From contig CBDCJH010000002.1 of the NCBI GenBank assembly GCA_965217775.1, forward strand, positions 3,104,001-3,168,000: a stretch of 64,000 bases of DNA, in the 5' to 3' direction. Of the stretch, positions 41,357-51,835 are shown in pieces. Position 1 is the first letter of the stretch; every line of letters starts with the position of its first letter. Source of the stretch: Acidobacteriota bacterium (GTDB taxonomy: Bacteria; Acidobacteriota; UBA6911; RPQK01; JAJDTT01). Below the pieces are notes generated by a model. That model ran no database searches and had not been told where the DNA came from. It saw nothing but the letters and a program-made list of their open reading frames with translations. The position numbers and the translations under genes were made by a program.

Positions 41357-41426
41357 GCAACACAGACGGCACGCGACCGTCGCCTTGGGTTGCCATTGCT
41401 CTCTGCCGTTGTGGACCGACTGCGGG

Positions 41427-42458
41427 CTATCCGGATCGCCGTTTCCTGGCCGTAATCAAACTTCGGTGACACTTCATGGAGAGGCATTCGATATCCACGA
41501 AGCCGGCCGCTGCAAGTAGATCGCTCATCTCCGATACCGAATAGCATTTCCCCTCCGTCGAGTACATGAGCAGCACCGAGTACTCGGCGACCTCCAGCGG
41601 CCCCGTCTTGGAGGCGTTGATGTGGGAATCGTGAATCGCGATCGACCCGCCGGGCATGAGCGCTTGGAAGGAGCGGGTCAGGATCCGCTCGACATTGTCC
41701 TGGTTCCAGTCGTGAAGCACGTTCGAACACAAGTGAACGTCGTATCCGAAGGGAATCTCGTCGAACATGTCGCCCGCGACGATCCCGATTCGCTCCGGCA
41801 GGCCCATCGTCTCGATGAAACTTCCCGCCACGGCATCCGCCGGCGGTTTCTCCAGAATCGACGCCTCGAGATGAGGGTATACCCGGACCAGATGGCAGGC
41901 GTAGATGCCTGAGCCGCCGCCGATGTCCAGCAACCGGGTCCGGTCGCTGCAGTTCAAGCACTGGGCCAGGAGAGGTGCAAAGTAGGCTCCCCGGCTGTCC
42001 ATAGCAGCGGTGAAGGAAGCGGCAAAGCTTTCATCTGCCATGGCAGACACCCATTCCTCCTGGCTGCTGTCGGCCCAGCTCGCCGGCTCGCCGGTGCGGA
42101 GCACGTTCAGCATCGTCCTGCAGACGGAGCGCGCCCCCAGCGAGGCGAAGTAAGGAAGGAGACTGTGCTGCGATCTCCGAGTCAGGAAGGTCCTGGAGAG
42201 CGGGGTCAATCCGTAACCTTCGTTCTGACGCTCGACCAAGCCCATAGCGGTGAAAAGGGTCATCATCACGTCCGCCGGGCGATCCTGGACTCCCAGCGTG
42301 GAACAGATTCCGCGTCGATCCATGGCCCGGTTCTCCAGCCGGGAGAACAGGTCCAGGTGAACCGCGGCGGCAAGCAGCAGGTCAGCGGAGTAGATGCTGT
42401 CCCGGGCGCGGAACAGGGATCCCGGATCCGGAAATCCAACGTCTCCGATCTCGGTCAT
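41427..42458 (-). CDS. SAM-dependent O-methyltransferase (family 2, dimerisation domain)
   Basis: LLDIGGGSG, GDMF, NVLHDW, L.PGG. Confidence 0.9.
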   Translation of the reverse strand: MTEIGDVGFPDPGSLFRARDSIYSADLLLAAAVHLDLFSRLENRAMDRRGICSTLGVQDRPADVMMTLFTAMGLVERQNEGYGLTPLSRTFLTRRSQHSLLPYFASLGARSVCRTMLNVLRTGEPASWADSSQEEWVSAMADESFAASFTAAMDSRGAYFAPLLAQCLNCSDRTRLLDIGGGSGIYACHLVRVYPHLEASILEKPPADAVAGSFIETMGLPERIGIVAGDMFDEIPFGYDVHLCSNVLHDWNQDNVERILTRSFQALMPGGSIAIHDSHINASKTGPLEVAEYSVLLMYSTEGKCYSVSEMSDLLAAAGFVDIECLSMKCHRSLITARKRRSG

Positions 42459-42497
42459 GGGTTGAGTCCTTGGGCCCGGTAACCCAGCGATCGCCGT

Positions 42498-43499
42498 CTA
42501 CCACACTTCTGCGAAGATCCGCATCCAGTTCCCACCCAGGATCTTCAACGTGTCCTCCTCCGAGTACCCCCGGTTCAACAGGGCCTCCGCCAGATTCGGA
42601 AACTCGTGCGGGCCCTCCAAACCCTTCGGCTGGAAGGAGAGCTCCTCGTAACGGAGGGACGTGTCGCTGAAGGTCGACGGGTATCGCGTTCCCTGCTGCG
42701 AGGAGATGTAACGCCAGAAGGAGAGCGGCTGATCCTGCGTATTGTCGGTTCCCACCGCCACGTGATCGATGCCGACTCGCTGCACCATGTCGTCGACGGC
42801 GTCGATGTAGTCCTCGAGAGTGGACTCGAATCGCTTCGGCAGAAAGTTGCAGAAGGGGGTCGTCCCCACGACCCCGCCCTTGGCCGCCAATCGCTTCAGC
42901 GCCTCGTCCTGCTTGTTCCTGGGATGGTCGTAAAAGGCCCGCGCGTTGGCGTGGCTGACAGTCACGGGCCGCTCGGACACCTCGATGGCCTCCAGCGTCG
43001 TCCGGTCCCCCACGTGGGAGAGGTCGATGAGGATCCCCAGGCGGTTCATCTCCCGAACCGCATCCACGCCGAAATTACTCAAGCCATCGTCGCGGCGCTC
43101 GAAGCACCCATTGCCCAGCAGATTCCGCTCGTGGTAGGTCAATTGTATGACCTTGACCCCCAACGCATGAAAGAGTCCCAGGCGATCCAGGTCGTTCTCG
43201 ATGGGCGAGGCGTTCTGGAAGCTGAGGATGACGCCGGTTTGGCCGGTCCGCTTGGCTTGCCGGATATCCTCGGTGCTCTTGACCTGGACGATGTCGTCCC
43301 GCTGCCGAAAGCGGCGAAGCCAGCCGGCGACGTAGTCCATCGTCTCCTGAAAGCCCTCCCAGGTCGCCAGCGTGGCGCTGATGGCGGTGATGCGCCCCTT
43401 TTGCAGGTTCGCGTACACCGCCGGGCTGTCCCAATTGCTCACATTCAGACCGTCGATGACGATGGCGCCATCGTAGAGTGCTCTGGCTCGCTCACTCAT
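42498..43499 (-). CDS. Membrane dipeptidase (M19) family protein
   Basis: QLTYH, GLSNFG, IDLSH, SHAN, PRN, GTD, ILGGNW. Confidence 0.9.
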   Translation of the reverse strand: MSERARALYDGAIVIDGLNVSNWDSPAVYANLQKGRITAISATLATWEGFQETMDYVAGWLRRFRQRDDIVQVKSTEDIRQAKRTGQTGVILSFQNASPIENDLDRLGLFHALGVKVIQLTYHERNLLGNGCFERRDDGLSNFGVDAVREMNRLGILIDLSHVGDRTTLEAIEVSERPVTVSHANARAFYDHPRNKQDEALKRLAAKGGVVGTTPFCNFLPKRFESTLEDYIDAVDDMVQRVGIDHVAVGTDNTQDQPLSFWRYISSQQGTRYPSTFSDTSLRYEELSFQPKGLEGPHEFPNLAEALLNRGYSEEDTLKILGGNWMRIFAEVW

Positions 43500-43560
43500 A
43501 TCATGCCCTCCCATGTCGATTTCTAAAGCGCGATCAGGGTGATCCGTTTCGAATCGACAC

Positions 43561-44691
43561 CTATCCGAAGCGGCTGCCGATCCGAAAAAGATCCCCCAGG
43601 GGATTGTGCTTTTCCTCCAATGCATCGGCGATTACGGGCCCGATGGAGCCGCCGAACTTGAAGCCGTGACCGCTGCCGCAGCCGGCGATCAGGATATTCC
43701 GGGCGCCTGGAGCCCAGTCGATCACGAAATGGTCGTCCGGAGTGTTGGTGTACAGGCAGGAGCGCCCCCCCACCATCTCGGCGCCGTGCAAGCCGGGCAT
43801 GCGCTCCCGGACGAAACGGGTGACCCGTTCGATGAAGCGTCCGGTGTTGGTGCGCTCCACCTCCGGATGGGTCTCGTCGTCCTTGAGGTCGTCGGCGACC
43901 TTGACATAGCCCTCCGCGAGCATTGGAAACCCATACCAGGCCTCTTGACCCGTGTTCACGGACCAGATGGGAAGCTTCTGCCGGCTGAAGAGCTCCCGGT
44001 CCCGGGGAATGAAAAAGACCATCTGGTTCCGGGTGAGATACAGGTGCTGGGCGAGTTCCGGCCAGAGCTGGACGATCCAGGCGCCGGCGGCCGCCACGAC
44101 GCGGTCGAAGGTCAGCACCTCCGCCCCCGAGCGGACATGTACGGTGGCACCTGTCTCCTCGAGTTCGGCGACCGGGAACTCGGGCCTGATCTCGATGCCC
44201 CGGGCTTGGGCCAGACCAGCCAGATCGGCCACCGCCTGCCCACTACGCAGGTAACCGGTCCAGGGGTCGTAGCGAACGGTGTCGTCTTCGAGATAACGGA
44301 ATTGGGGATATCGGGTGCGAGCTTCCCTTGCGGACAAATATTGGGAGCTGTCCGCGGTCAGATCCGGGCCCGACCAGGTCCGATAGTGGGACGTGTAGTG
44401 AGAAGACCCGCTGACGATCGACACCTGTCCGGTTCGGAAAAGGAATGACCCGCCGACCTGTTCCTGCCAGATCCTCCACTGGCGGTCAGCTCGCTCGACC
44501 AGCTCAACGTAGGTTTCGTGCTGATAGCCGATCCGGCGAATGACCTTGGAGACGTCGTTGGAACTGGCGCGGCTCCCGGGGATCCCCTCCCGCTCCAGAA
44601 CGGTCACCCGGTGGCCCCGGTCGACCAACTCCAGCGCGGCGGCCAGACCGAATATGCCGGCGCCCACCACCCCCACGTTCATGCGCGCCAT
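43561..44691 (-). CDS. FAD-dependent oxidoreductase, sarcosine oxidase/SolA-like
   Basis: VVGAGIFG, SSNDVSKVIR, CLYTNTPD, GSGHGFKF. Confidence 0.9.
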   Translation of the reverse strand: MARMNVGVVGAGIFGLAAALELVDRGHRVTVLEREGIPGSRASSNDVSKVIRRIGYQHETYVELVERADRQWRIWQEQVGGSFLFRTGQVSIVSGSSHYTSHYRTWSGPDLTADSSQYLSAREARTRYPQFRYLEDDTVRYDPWTGYLRSGQAVADLAGLAQARGIEIRPEFPVAELEETGATVHVRSGAEVLTFDRVVAAAGAWIVQLWPELAQHLYLTRNQMVFFIPRDRELFSRQKLPIWSVNTGQEAWYGFPMLAEGYVKVADDLKDDETHPEVERTNTGRFIERVTRFVRERMPGLHGAEMVGGRSCLYTNTPDDHFVIDWAPGARNILIAGCGSGHGFKFGGSIGPVIADALEEKHNPLGDLFRIGSRFG

Positions 44692-44757
44692 GATACTGGC
44701 GGCAATGACGAATTACGAATTGGGAATTTGGCGAATTGACCGCCGCCGGAAGTGTAC

Positions 44758-44916
44758 CAGCCCGTGGCAAAAGTCGTCACGGCATTCGACCGTCCCTGCA
44801 TCCCGGCGGACTGCGTTGCGACTCGGTCATATACTCCCGGTATGCTCCCTCCGAAGCGCCTTGTTCGGCGGGCGCAGGAACGGTCTCGGTGCTCGCGGGA
44901 CTTTCGCCACGGACTG
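44758..44916. mobile_element. MITE copy 3 (159 bp) in a divergent intergenic region
   Basis: Same TIRs; GTAC duplication at 44754-44757 and 44917-44920. Confidence 0.92.
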
Positions 44917-44953
44917 GTACGATAGGCATTTGGACCATTCGGGGAGGACCAAA

Positions 44954-46492
44954 ATGATCTCATGTAATCCAAATCGTCGACCTGCGTCCCGGGCGCTCGT
45001 GGCACCCATTGTCATCCTGCTGCTGTGGGGTCCCGCCACGGCCCAGGAGAACGCGGTCATGGACATGGGATCGAAGCGTGAGCTGTTCGTCGACGGCTAC
45101 CTGATCGAGACCCGGTCGGGGGTGCGCCTGCAACTTCACCATCCCATTCCCAAAGAGATCGTGATGCACCACGACAAGCTCTGGGAGGGCAACGGCTGCA
45201 ACTACTACTCCATCTTTCGCGATGGAGACCTCTTCCGGATGTACTACGATGCCTGGGCCCACGAGCCATCGAGCATTCCAGTCCACGACGTCTTCATCGC
45301 CTACGCCGAGAGCAAGGACGGCAAGACCTGGACCAGGCCGGAGGTGGGACGGTTCGAGTTCAACGGTTCCAAGAAGAACAACATCGTCTGGGCCAGTCCC
45401 AAGCTGGACAACTGGGGGGCGTTCAAGGACACCAATCCCGACTGCGCCCCGGAGGCTCGGTACAAGGCCTTCTACAACGGCAACGGCGGCCTCATGGCGG
45501 CCCAGTCGGCGGACGGCATCCACTGGTCCCCGATCGGAGACGAGCCGGTTCTGACCGACGGCGCATTCGACAGCCACAACCTCGCCTTCTGGGACCACCG
45601 GGAGGGTCACTACCGGGCCTACTACCGGGATTTCAGAAACGGTCTCCGGGACATCAAGACCGCGACCTCCCGGGATTACATCCATTGGACGCCCGGGGAG
45701 TGGCTCGAGTACCCGGGAGCGCCGCCCGAGCAGCTCTACACCAACAACATCATTCCCTACTACCGGGCGCCCCACATCTACCTGGGTTTTCCGGCCCGCT
45801 ATCTGGACCGCGGCTGGTCCGACGCCATGAGGGCGCTGCCGGAGCTGGAGGAACGCCTGGCCCGGTCCAATCTCAGCAGCTACACCTTGGCATCGGGCAG
45901 AAAGAAGACCTCGCAGCGGTACGGCACCGCTCTGACCGACGGGCTCCTCATGAGCAGCCGTGACGGCCAAGTGTTCCATCGCTGGGGGGAAGCCTTCATC
46001 CGGCCGGGCCTGCGTTACACCGACAATTGGGTCTACGGCGACAACTATCAGAACTGGGGACTGATCGAGACCAAGTCGGATCTGCCGGGCGCCCCGGATG
46101 AAATCTCCATCTATGCCACCGAGCACTATTGGAGAGGCGCCTATACGAATCTGCGCCGGTTGATTCTGCGAGTGGACGGCTTCGTCTCCGTCCAGGCTCC
46201 CGCCAAGGGAGGCGAGTTCACCACCCGGCCCCTCAGTTTCAGCGGGAATCGGCTGGAGATGAATTTCTCCACTTCCGTGGCCGGGAGCGTGCGGGTGGAG
46301 ATCCAGGATGCCGGCGGGAGGCCCCTTCCCGGCTACACCTTGGACGACTGTCCCGAGATTTTCGGGGATCACCTGGAACGGGTGGTCCACTGGAAGAATG
46401 GCCCTGACGTCGGCCCGCTCTCCGGCAAGCCGATTCGGCTCCGGTTCGTCATGAAGGACGCCGACCTCTACTCGATCCGCTTCCGCGACTGA
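44954..46492 (+). CDS. Exported glycoside-hydrolase-like beta-propeller protein
   Basis: GGAGG RBS; signal peptide; RELFVD, AYAESKDG, GAFDSHN, MKDADLYS. Confidence 0.7.
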   Translation: MISCNPNRRPASRALVAPIVILLLWGPATAQENAVMDMGSKRELFVDGYLIETRSGVRLQLHHPIPKEIVMHHDKLWEGNGCNYYSIFRDGDLFRMYYDAWAHEPSSIPVHDVFIAYAESKDGKTWTRPEVGRFEFNGSKKNNIVWASPKLDNWGAFKDTNPDCAPEARYKAFYNGNGGLMAAQSADGIHWSPIGDEPVLTDGAFDSHNLAFWDHREGHYRAYYRDFRNGLRDIKTATSRDYIHWTPGEWLEYPGAPPEQLYTNNIIPYYRAPHIYLGFPARYLDRGWSDAMRALPELEERLARSNLSSYTLASGRKKTSQRYGTALTDGLLMSSRDGQVFHRWGEAFIRPGLRYTDNWVYGDNYQNWGLIETKSDLPGAPDEISIYATEHYWRGAYTNLRRLILRVDGFVSVQAPAKGGEFTTRPLSFSGNRLEMNFSTSVAGSVRVEIQDAGGRPLPGYTLDDCPEIFGDHLERVVHWKNGPDVGPLSGKPIRLRFVMKDADLYSIRFRD

Positions 46493-46615
46493 AGGTCACG
46501 CTGAGTCGACCGTAGAAGCCTCCGACTCTTCTCTCTTTCCTAATTTCCTCTTTCCTCTCTCCTTGCCGGAACCCGGCTCCTGGTGTACAACCGGAGCCGG
46601 ATTGGAGATTGGATC

Positions 46616-48292
46616 ATGCGCAACTCGACACTGATTTTATTGATTTTGCCCGGAATCCTGGCGTGTCTGGTGGGAACCGGCTGGGCTTCGGGCCACATCA
46701 GTTGGAAGGCCTCGGGCAAGGGAGGCGCCGTGGCCGCCGGTCACCCCGACGCGGTCGCGGCCGGCATCCGGATGCTGGAGGCGGGTGGGAACGCCGCCGA
46801 TGCGGCTGCCGCTACCCTGCTGACGCTCTCGGTGACCGACTACGGAATGTTCGCTATCGGCGGCGAAATCCCTTTCCTGATCTACGACGCCAAGAAGGAG
46901 GAGGTGAAGGTCCTCTCCGGATTGGGGCGCGCCCCGCTGGACCAAGCGGCCATCGACTGGTACTACACCAACACCATCCCGGCCCAGGGCAGCATGAAGG
47001 CCGCGCCGACGCCGGGCGCAGTGCACCTCTGCATCACCGCCCTGGAGCTCTATGGCACCAAGTCCTTCGAGGAAGCGTCGGCACCGGTGCTGGAGGTCCT
47101 GGACGCCGGATCGGAGGAGTGGCATCCCAAGTTGGCCGCCACCTTCCGGAAACTGGTGGATGCGGAGCGGAAGGCTTCGGGGAGCCGCGAGGAGAAACTG
47201 ACGGCGGCCCGGGACCGCTTCTACAAGGGAGACGTGGCCGACGAACTCGAGGCGTGGTACATCGCCACCGGCTCTTTCCTCCGCAAGAAGGATCTGGCCG
47301 CCCATGTGACCCGCGTCGAAGATCCCGTCTCGGTAGACTATCGGGGCTACACCGTCTACAAGTGTCCGCCCTGGACTCAAGGACCGGTCCTGTGCCAGAC
47401 CCTGAGGTTGCTTGAGGGATTCGATCTGAAGCAGATGGGGCATCTCTCGTCCGGCTACATCCACACCCTCACCGAGGCGCTGAAGCTGGCCTTCGCCGAC
47501 CGGGACGAATATTACGGAGATCCCCTCTTCGCCCGGGTCCCCATGAAGGCCCTCCTGTCTCGAGAGTATGCGCGGGTCCGCCGGTCACTGATCGATCCGA
47601 GTCGAGCGTCCCTGGAGCGCCGGCCGGGAGATCCGCACCACATGAAGCCTCTCAGGGGAATGATGCGGGCCGGCAACAATCCGAACCGGATCCCCATCAG
47701 CGACACCACCACCTGCGTGGTGGCGGACAAGTGGGGCAACGTGGTGGCCGCCACGCCCAGTTGCAACCTGTCGGGCAACCTTCCGGGACCTTCAGGCGTC
47801 ACCACGGGGAACCGTCTCCGGAGCCTGAACACCACCCGGGGCCATCCCAATCGTATCCAGCCGGGAAAGCGGCCCCGGATCACTCTGACGCCGACCCTGG
47901 TCACCCGGAACGGCAAGCCGGTCATCGCCATCAGCGTGGCAGGAGGCGACCTGCAGGATCAGACCACGTTGAACGTGCTTCTGAACCACGTCGAATTCGG
48001 CATGCTTCCGGAAAAGGCGGTGACGGCGTCCCGTTTCAACACGGATCACCACCAGAATTCCTTCGACCCGAATCCGAACCGGGACGAGGCTTTCGTCAAG
48101 GCGGGAAGCCTACGGGTTCACAGTGGCGTCACCCAAGAAGTCCAAGAGGAATTGAAGAGGCAGGGCCACCGGTTGACCACCACCGACGGCTTCATCGCCC
48201 GGCCGGTGATGCTCTACATCGATCAGGAGAAGGGAGTCATCCACGCCGCTGGAGACCCGGCGGCAGCCCGGCACGCCGCCGCCATCGACTGA
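46616..48292 (+). CDS. Gamma-glutamyltransferase family protein
   Basis: GGNAADAA, FYKGDVA, PPWTQG, EALKLAFADR, DTT nucleophile, PGKRPR.TLTP. Confidence 0.93.
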   Translation: MRNSTLILLILPGILACLVGTGWASGHISWKASGKGGAVAAGHPDAVAAGIRMLEAGGNAADAAAATLLTLSVTDYGMFAIGGEIPFLIYDAKKEEVKVLSGLGRAPLDQAAIDWYYTNTIPAQGSMKAAPTPGAVHLCITALELYGTKSFEEASAPVLEVLDAGSEEWHPKLAATFRKLVDAERKASGSREEKLTAARDRFYKGDVADELEAWYIATGSFLRKKDLAAHVTRVEDPVSVDYRGYTVYKCPPWTQGPVLCQTLRLLEGFDLKQMGHLSSGYIHTLTEALKLAFADRDEYYGDPLFARVPMKALLSREYARVRRSLIDPSRASLERRPGDPHHMKPLRGMMRAGNNPNRIPISDTTTCVVADKWGNVVAATPSCNLSGNLPGPSGVTTGNRLRSLNTTRGHPNRIQPGKRPRITLTPTLVTRNGKPVIAISVAGGDLQDQTTLNVLLNHVEFGMLPEKAVTASRFNTDHHQNSFDPNPNRDEAFVKAGSLRVHSGVTQEVQEELKRQGHRLTTTDGFIARPVMLYIDQEKGVIHAAGDPAAARHAAAID

Positions 48293-48316
48293 GGAACTCC
48301 GCGGGCCGCCCGCCTC

Positions 48317-50164
48317 TCAGCGATCCCAGGGGAAGCTGAACGTTGGTTGGTTCACATAGCGCTTCATTCGAATCGAGAGGCGCGAGCCGGCGCCGGCGCC
48401 CAAGCGGACGGTGAACTTCGAGTCTCCCACCTCGATCCGTTTGCCACCGACCGTGACCGCCACCGCATCGTGCTCCGCATACGCACCGGTCTGAACCACG
48501 AGCTCGCGGCTCTCCACCGGGTTGGTGTTGACCAGGAGGAAAGTGACGCCGTCGGGGCGGATCTGTTCTACCAGCGCACCCACCCCCCGGGGCAGCCCCG
48601 GCCGCCTCTCCTCGGCATCGAAATAGCGCAGCTGCGCGTGGACCACGTTGCCGCCGCTGCCCGGGTCGTTGGCCCCGAGCATGAGGTTGTGGAGGCTGCT
48701 GATCGAGGTGACCACCGGCATGTGGGGTGCCTGTCGAGTGTCCGCCGTCCGGGAGTCCTCCCGCACCTTCCGAACCTGCCTTCGGATCATGTCCAGATCT
48801 TGTGCCATCGCCTCCATTGGAAAGTGCGGGTCTTCACCCTGCAGGTAGCGGACCCAGGGCTCTTCCGCGACCCGGGGCAGGTCGGCTTCCTCCAGGGTCC
48901 AGGAGTAGATGTCGGTCAGTTCCGGAAGGGACCAGAAATTGACGTTCCCACCGCGGCGCGCGCTGTTGTCGATGTAAGCGTACCAACCGTCGTCGCCGTA
49001 TTTGTGCGGAACCATGAGGCGGCCGTCGATGACCTTCTGCGCCGCATACATGTTGTCGATCTGCGTTCGCAGCGTGTCCGCGTACTTGCGGTCGCCGGTG
49101 AGGAGGAACGCGATCCCAAAACCGACCCGGGCACCCCGCATCACGTAGTTGTTGCCCGGATTGTCCGAACCGTCAGCGGACTTGGGACGGAAGTTCCATC
49201 CGTAGACTCCGCGCCACCATTTCCCGTCCCATTCGCCTCCGATGGACCCGTCCAGGCCGATGTTGCTGGGAAGGTTGCCTCCGTTTCGGGCAGCCCGTTC
49301 GACCCAGGCATCGACGTACTCCAGAATCCAGTCCCGGTACTTCTTCTCCCCGGTCAACATGTACGCGGTCATGGCCAGATTCGTCGCCAGCAGGTTCTGC
49401 GGGTGGTCGCCGCTCAGGTTGACCGTATAGCCCAGGCGGGTCCAGCGCTCGGTTCGCGGGGGTTGCCCCGGCCGGGGGTCGTGACGGGGACGCGGGTTCC
49501 CGCCCCAGTCATACTCCGTCGCGGGCGTCAGCAACGGTCCCCGGCTCCCGTTGAACAGGCTCCGAATGATCTTTTGCTCCGGGTCGTAGTTGGGTGCACC
49601 GGGATCCTCGTTCATATAGAACCCGGCAAAGCGCCGGGCCCGGATCAGGTATTGAGGGTCCTGCGGGCGGGCGAGACCGTACCAATACCAGGGAGCCATC
49701 CCCTCGCCCGTGTGTTCCCAGTCGAGTTGCGGGCAGAACTCCCGGTAGAGCATGCCGTCCTTGGCCGCCGCCACCAGGGGTTCCCGGGCTTCGGTGTACT
49801 GGTCCAGATGTCCTTCCCAGATCTTCTTGTACAACGCCAGGATCTCGGGCGGCCCCCCCAGCATGTAGAGGATAGGCAGGTCGCGATAGGTCTCCGTGAC
49901 GTCGTCGGCGCCGTCCATGGCGCCCCAGTTCGGGGTGATCCGCATCCAGCCGCGGTCGTCAACGTACTTCTCGGCCGCCACCAATGCCGCCTCGGAGTTG
50001 GAATCGATCAGGGTCCACTGGGCCATGGCCCAGGCGGGCGGTGGCATGGGCGTGGAGATGTCGATTGAGGGTCGCGCCAGGGTCAACGACCCGGTCACGA
50101 GCCCCAGAACGATGCAGATTTCAGCGGAGCAGCTTTTTGTCCGGCGTGACGAAAATGCGACCAT
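48317..50164 (-). CDS. Conserved hypothetical exported protein (probable alpha/alpha toroid)
   Basis: Long ORF with genome-typical codon usage; DGADD, DWEHTGEG, PSNIGLDG, RPGLP motifs. Confidence 0.6.
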   Translation of the reverse strand: MVAFSSRRTKSCSAEICIVLGLVTGSLTLARPSIDISTPMPPPAWAMAQWTLIDSNSEAALVAAEKYVDDRGWMRITPNWGAMDGADDVTETYRDLPILYMLGGPPEILALYKKIWEGHLDQYTEAREPLVAAAKDGMLYREFCPQLDWEHTGEGMAPWYWYGLARPQDPQYLIRARRFAGFYMNEDPGAPNYDPEQKIIRSLFNGSRGPLLTPATEYDWGGNPRPRHDPRPGQPPRTERWTRLGYTVNLSGDHPQNLLATNLAMTAYMLTGEKKYRDWILEYVDAWVERAARNGGNLPSNIGLDGSIGGEWDGKWWRGVYGWNFRPKSADGSDNPGNNYVMRGARVGFGIAFLLTGDRKYADTLRTQIDNMYAAQKVIDGRLMVPHKYGDDGWYAYIDNSARRGGNVNFWSLPELTDIYSWTLEEADLPRVAEEPWVRYLQGEDPHFPMEAMAQDLDMIRRQVRKVREDSRTADTRQAPHMPVVTSISSLHNLMLGANDPGSGGNVVHAQLRYFDAEERRPGLPRGVGALVEQIRPDGVTFLLVNTNPVESRELVVQTGAYAEHDAVAVTVGGKRIEVGDSKFTVRLGAGAGSRLSIRMKRYVNQPTFSFPWDR

Positions 50165-50232
50165 ATGTTTCCTCCGCGTGTCATGATAGCCCCTTAACCT
50201 CAAAATTCTTCTACAAATGGACGAAAATATTG

Positions 50233-50260
50233 GTAGGGGCGCCCCTTGTGGGCGCCCTCT
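50233..50260. repeat. GTAG-type REP-like palindrome
   Basis: GTAGGGGCGCCCCTTGTGGGCGCCCTCT; related inverted copy near 60316-60346. Confidence 0.65.
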
Positions 50261-50303
50261 TCGGTCCAAAACGGAGCAAAACATGCGAATTGAGGAGACA
50301 GGA

Positions 50304-51800
50304 ATGAAGATTGCCATGCGGAGACTGATGGTTGCGGCTGTCCTGGTGCACCTGACACTGGCACAGAGTTGGATCCTGGGGGGAAAAGAAGATGAGGATG
50401 GGCCTCTCCCGATCGGATCCCGGCTGGAACTTTTCGTGGACGACTATCTCATCGAGTCCATGGACGGAGTCCGGCTCCAGCTTCACACGCCTCAGCCGGC
50501 GGGCACGGTCCTGGAATACGACAAACCCTGGGAAGGGACGACGAGCGCCTACCATACGGTCTTCAAGGACGGCGACCTCTACAAGATGTACTACCGGGGC
50601 AGCAGCCATGCCGGATACACCGTGCCCTCGCTGATGAAACCGGGCGAGAAGGTCATCCCTCAGCACGAACAGGTGGCCTGTTACGCCGAGAGCCGCGACG
50701 GAATCCACTGGACCCGTCCCTCCCTGGGGCTGATCGAGTTCGAAGGGTCCAAGGACAACAACATCATCTGGAGCGGCAACCGTGCCGGCGCCCATAACTT
50801 CGCGCCCTTCAAGGACGGGAATCCCGATGCTCCCGCTTCACAGCGATACAAGGCCGTGGGCTCGAGCAATCTCAACGGAAAACCGGTCCTGCTGGGATTC
50901 GTTTCTCCCGACGGCATCCACTGGACCCAGATCCAAAAGGAGCCCATCATCACCGACGGCGCCTTCGATTCACTGAACGTGGCCTTCTGGGATTCGGTGC
51001 GGCAGCGGTACTCGGCCATCTACCGAATCGGTCAGGACGGCGTCCGGACCATCAAGTTTTCTCATTCCGAGAACTTCGTCGACTGGCCCCCGGGCCGGTA
51101 TGCCGACTATGGCGACACTCCCCGGGAACAGCTCTACACCAACGCCACCCGGCCCTACTTCCGGGCGCCTCAAATCTACCTGGCCTTTCCCAAACGTTAC
51201 GTTCAGTGGAGGACCTATCACGAGGACGCTCCCGGCTCGGGCGTCTCGGAGGGAGTCTTCATGACCAGCCGGGACGGCGTGCACTGGGACCGGCGCTTCA
51301 TGGAGGCCTTCGTGCGGCCGGGGCGAAACCCCAGGAGTTGGGTGCACCGCACCACCATGATCGCGGCGGGAGTGCTTCCCACGGCCGACGATGAGATATC
51401 GATCTACGTGTCCCGCCACTACACTTCTCCCAGTGCCCACTTGGAGCGGATGGTCCTCCGTACCGACGGCTTCGCGTCGGCTCAGGCCGGCTACGGGGGC
51501 GGTGAGCTGCTGACCAAGCCACTGCAGTTCCAGGGAAACAATCTGGTCCTCAACTTTGCCACCTCGGCCGCCGGAAGCATCCACGTGGAGATTCAGGATA
51601 CCGAAGGCAATCCGCTCCCGGGCTTTGCCTTGGAGGAATCCCCGTTGATCTGGGGCGATGAGATCGAGCACACCGTCCGCTGGGAGCGGTCTCATTCCAA
51701 GGCCACCACTGACGAGCCCCTGCGGCGGATCGGCGACAAACCGGTGCGGCTGCGCTTCGTGATGAAGGACGCCGATCTTTTCTCGCTGAGGTTCCGGTAA
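50304..51800 (+). CDS. Exported glycoside-hydrolase-like beta-propeller protein
   Basis: Paralog of 44954: RLELFVDD, CYAESRDG, GAFDSLN, MKDADLFS. Confidence 0.7.
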   Translation: MKIAMRRLMVAAVLVHLTLAQSWILGGKEDEDGPLPIGSRLELFVDDYLIESMDGVRLQLHTPQPAGTVLEYDKPWEGTTSAYHTVFKDGDLYKMYYRGSSHAGYTVPSLMKPGEKVIPQHEQVACYAESRDGIHWTRPSLGLIEFEGSKDNNIIWSGNRAGAHNFAPFKDGNPDAPASQRYKAVGSSNLNGKPVLLGFVSPDGIHWTQIQKEPIITDGAFDSLNVAFWDSVRQRYSAIYRIGQDGVRTIKFSHSENFVDWPPGRYADYGDTPREQLYTNATRPYFRAPQIYLAFPKRYVQWRTYHEDAPGSGVSEGVFMTSRDGVHWDRRFMEAFVRPGRNPRSWVHRTTMIAAGVLPTADDEISIYVSRHYTSPSAHLERMVLRTDGFASAQAGYGGGELLTKPLQFQGNNLVLNFATSAAGSIHVEIQDTEGNPLPGFALEESPLIWGDEIEHTVRWERSHSKATTDEPLRRIGDKPVRLRFVMKDADLFSLRFR

Positions 51801-51835
51801 ACCGAAGAGTCCGGTCGACTCGAAGGGGAAAGTTA

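Noticed and set aside
44707-44738. Short GAATT-based heptamer-like repeat
   Set aside because: Only about four degenerate units; too short to support a function
44540-44953. N-terminal extension of the 650-aa ORF
   Set aside because: It overlaps the opposite-strand oxidase and MITE copy 3; the RBS and signal peptide indicate a start at 44954
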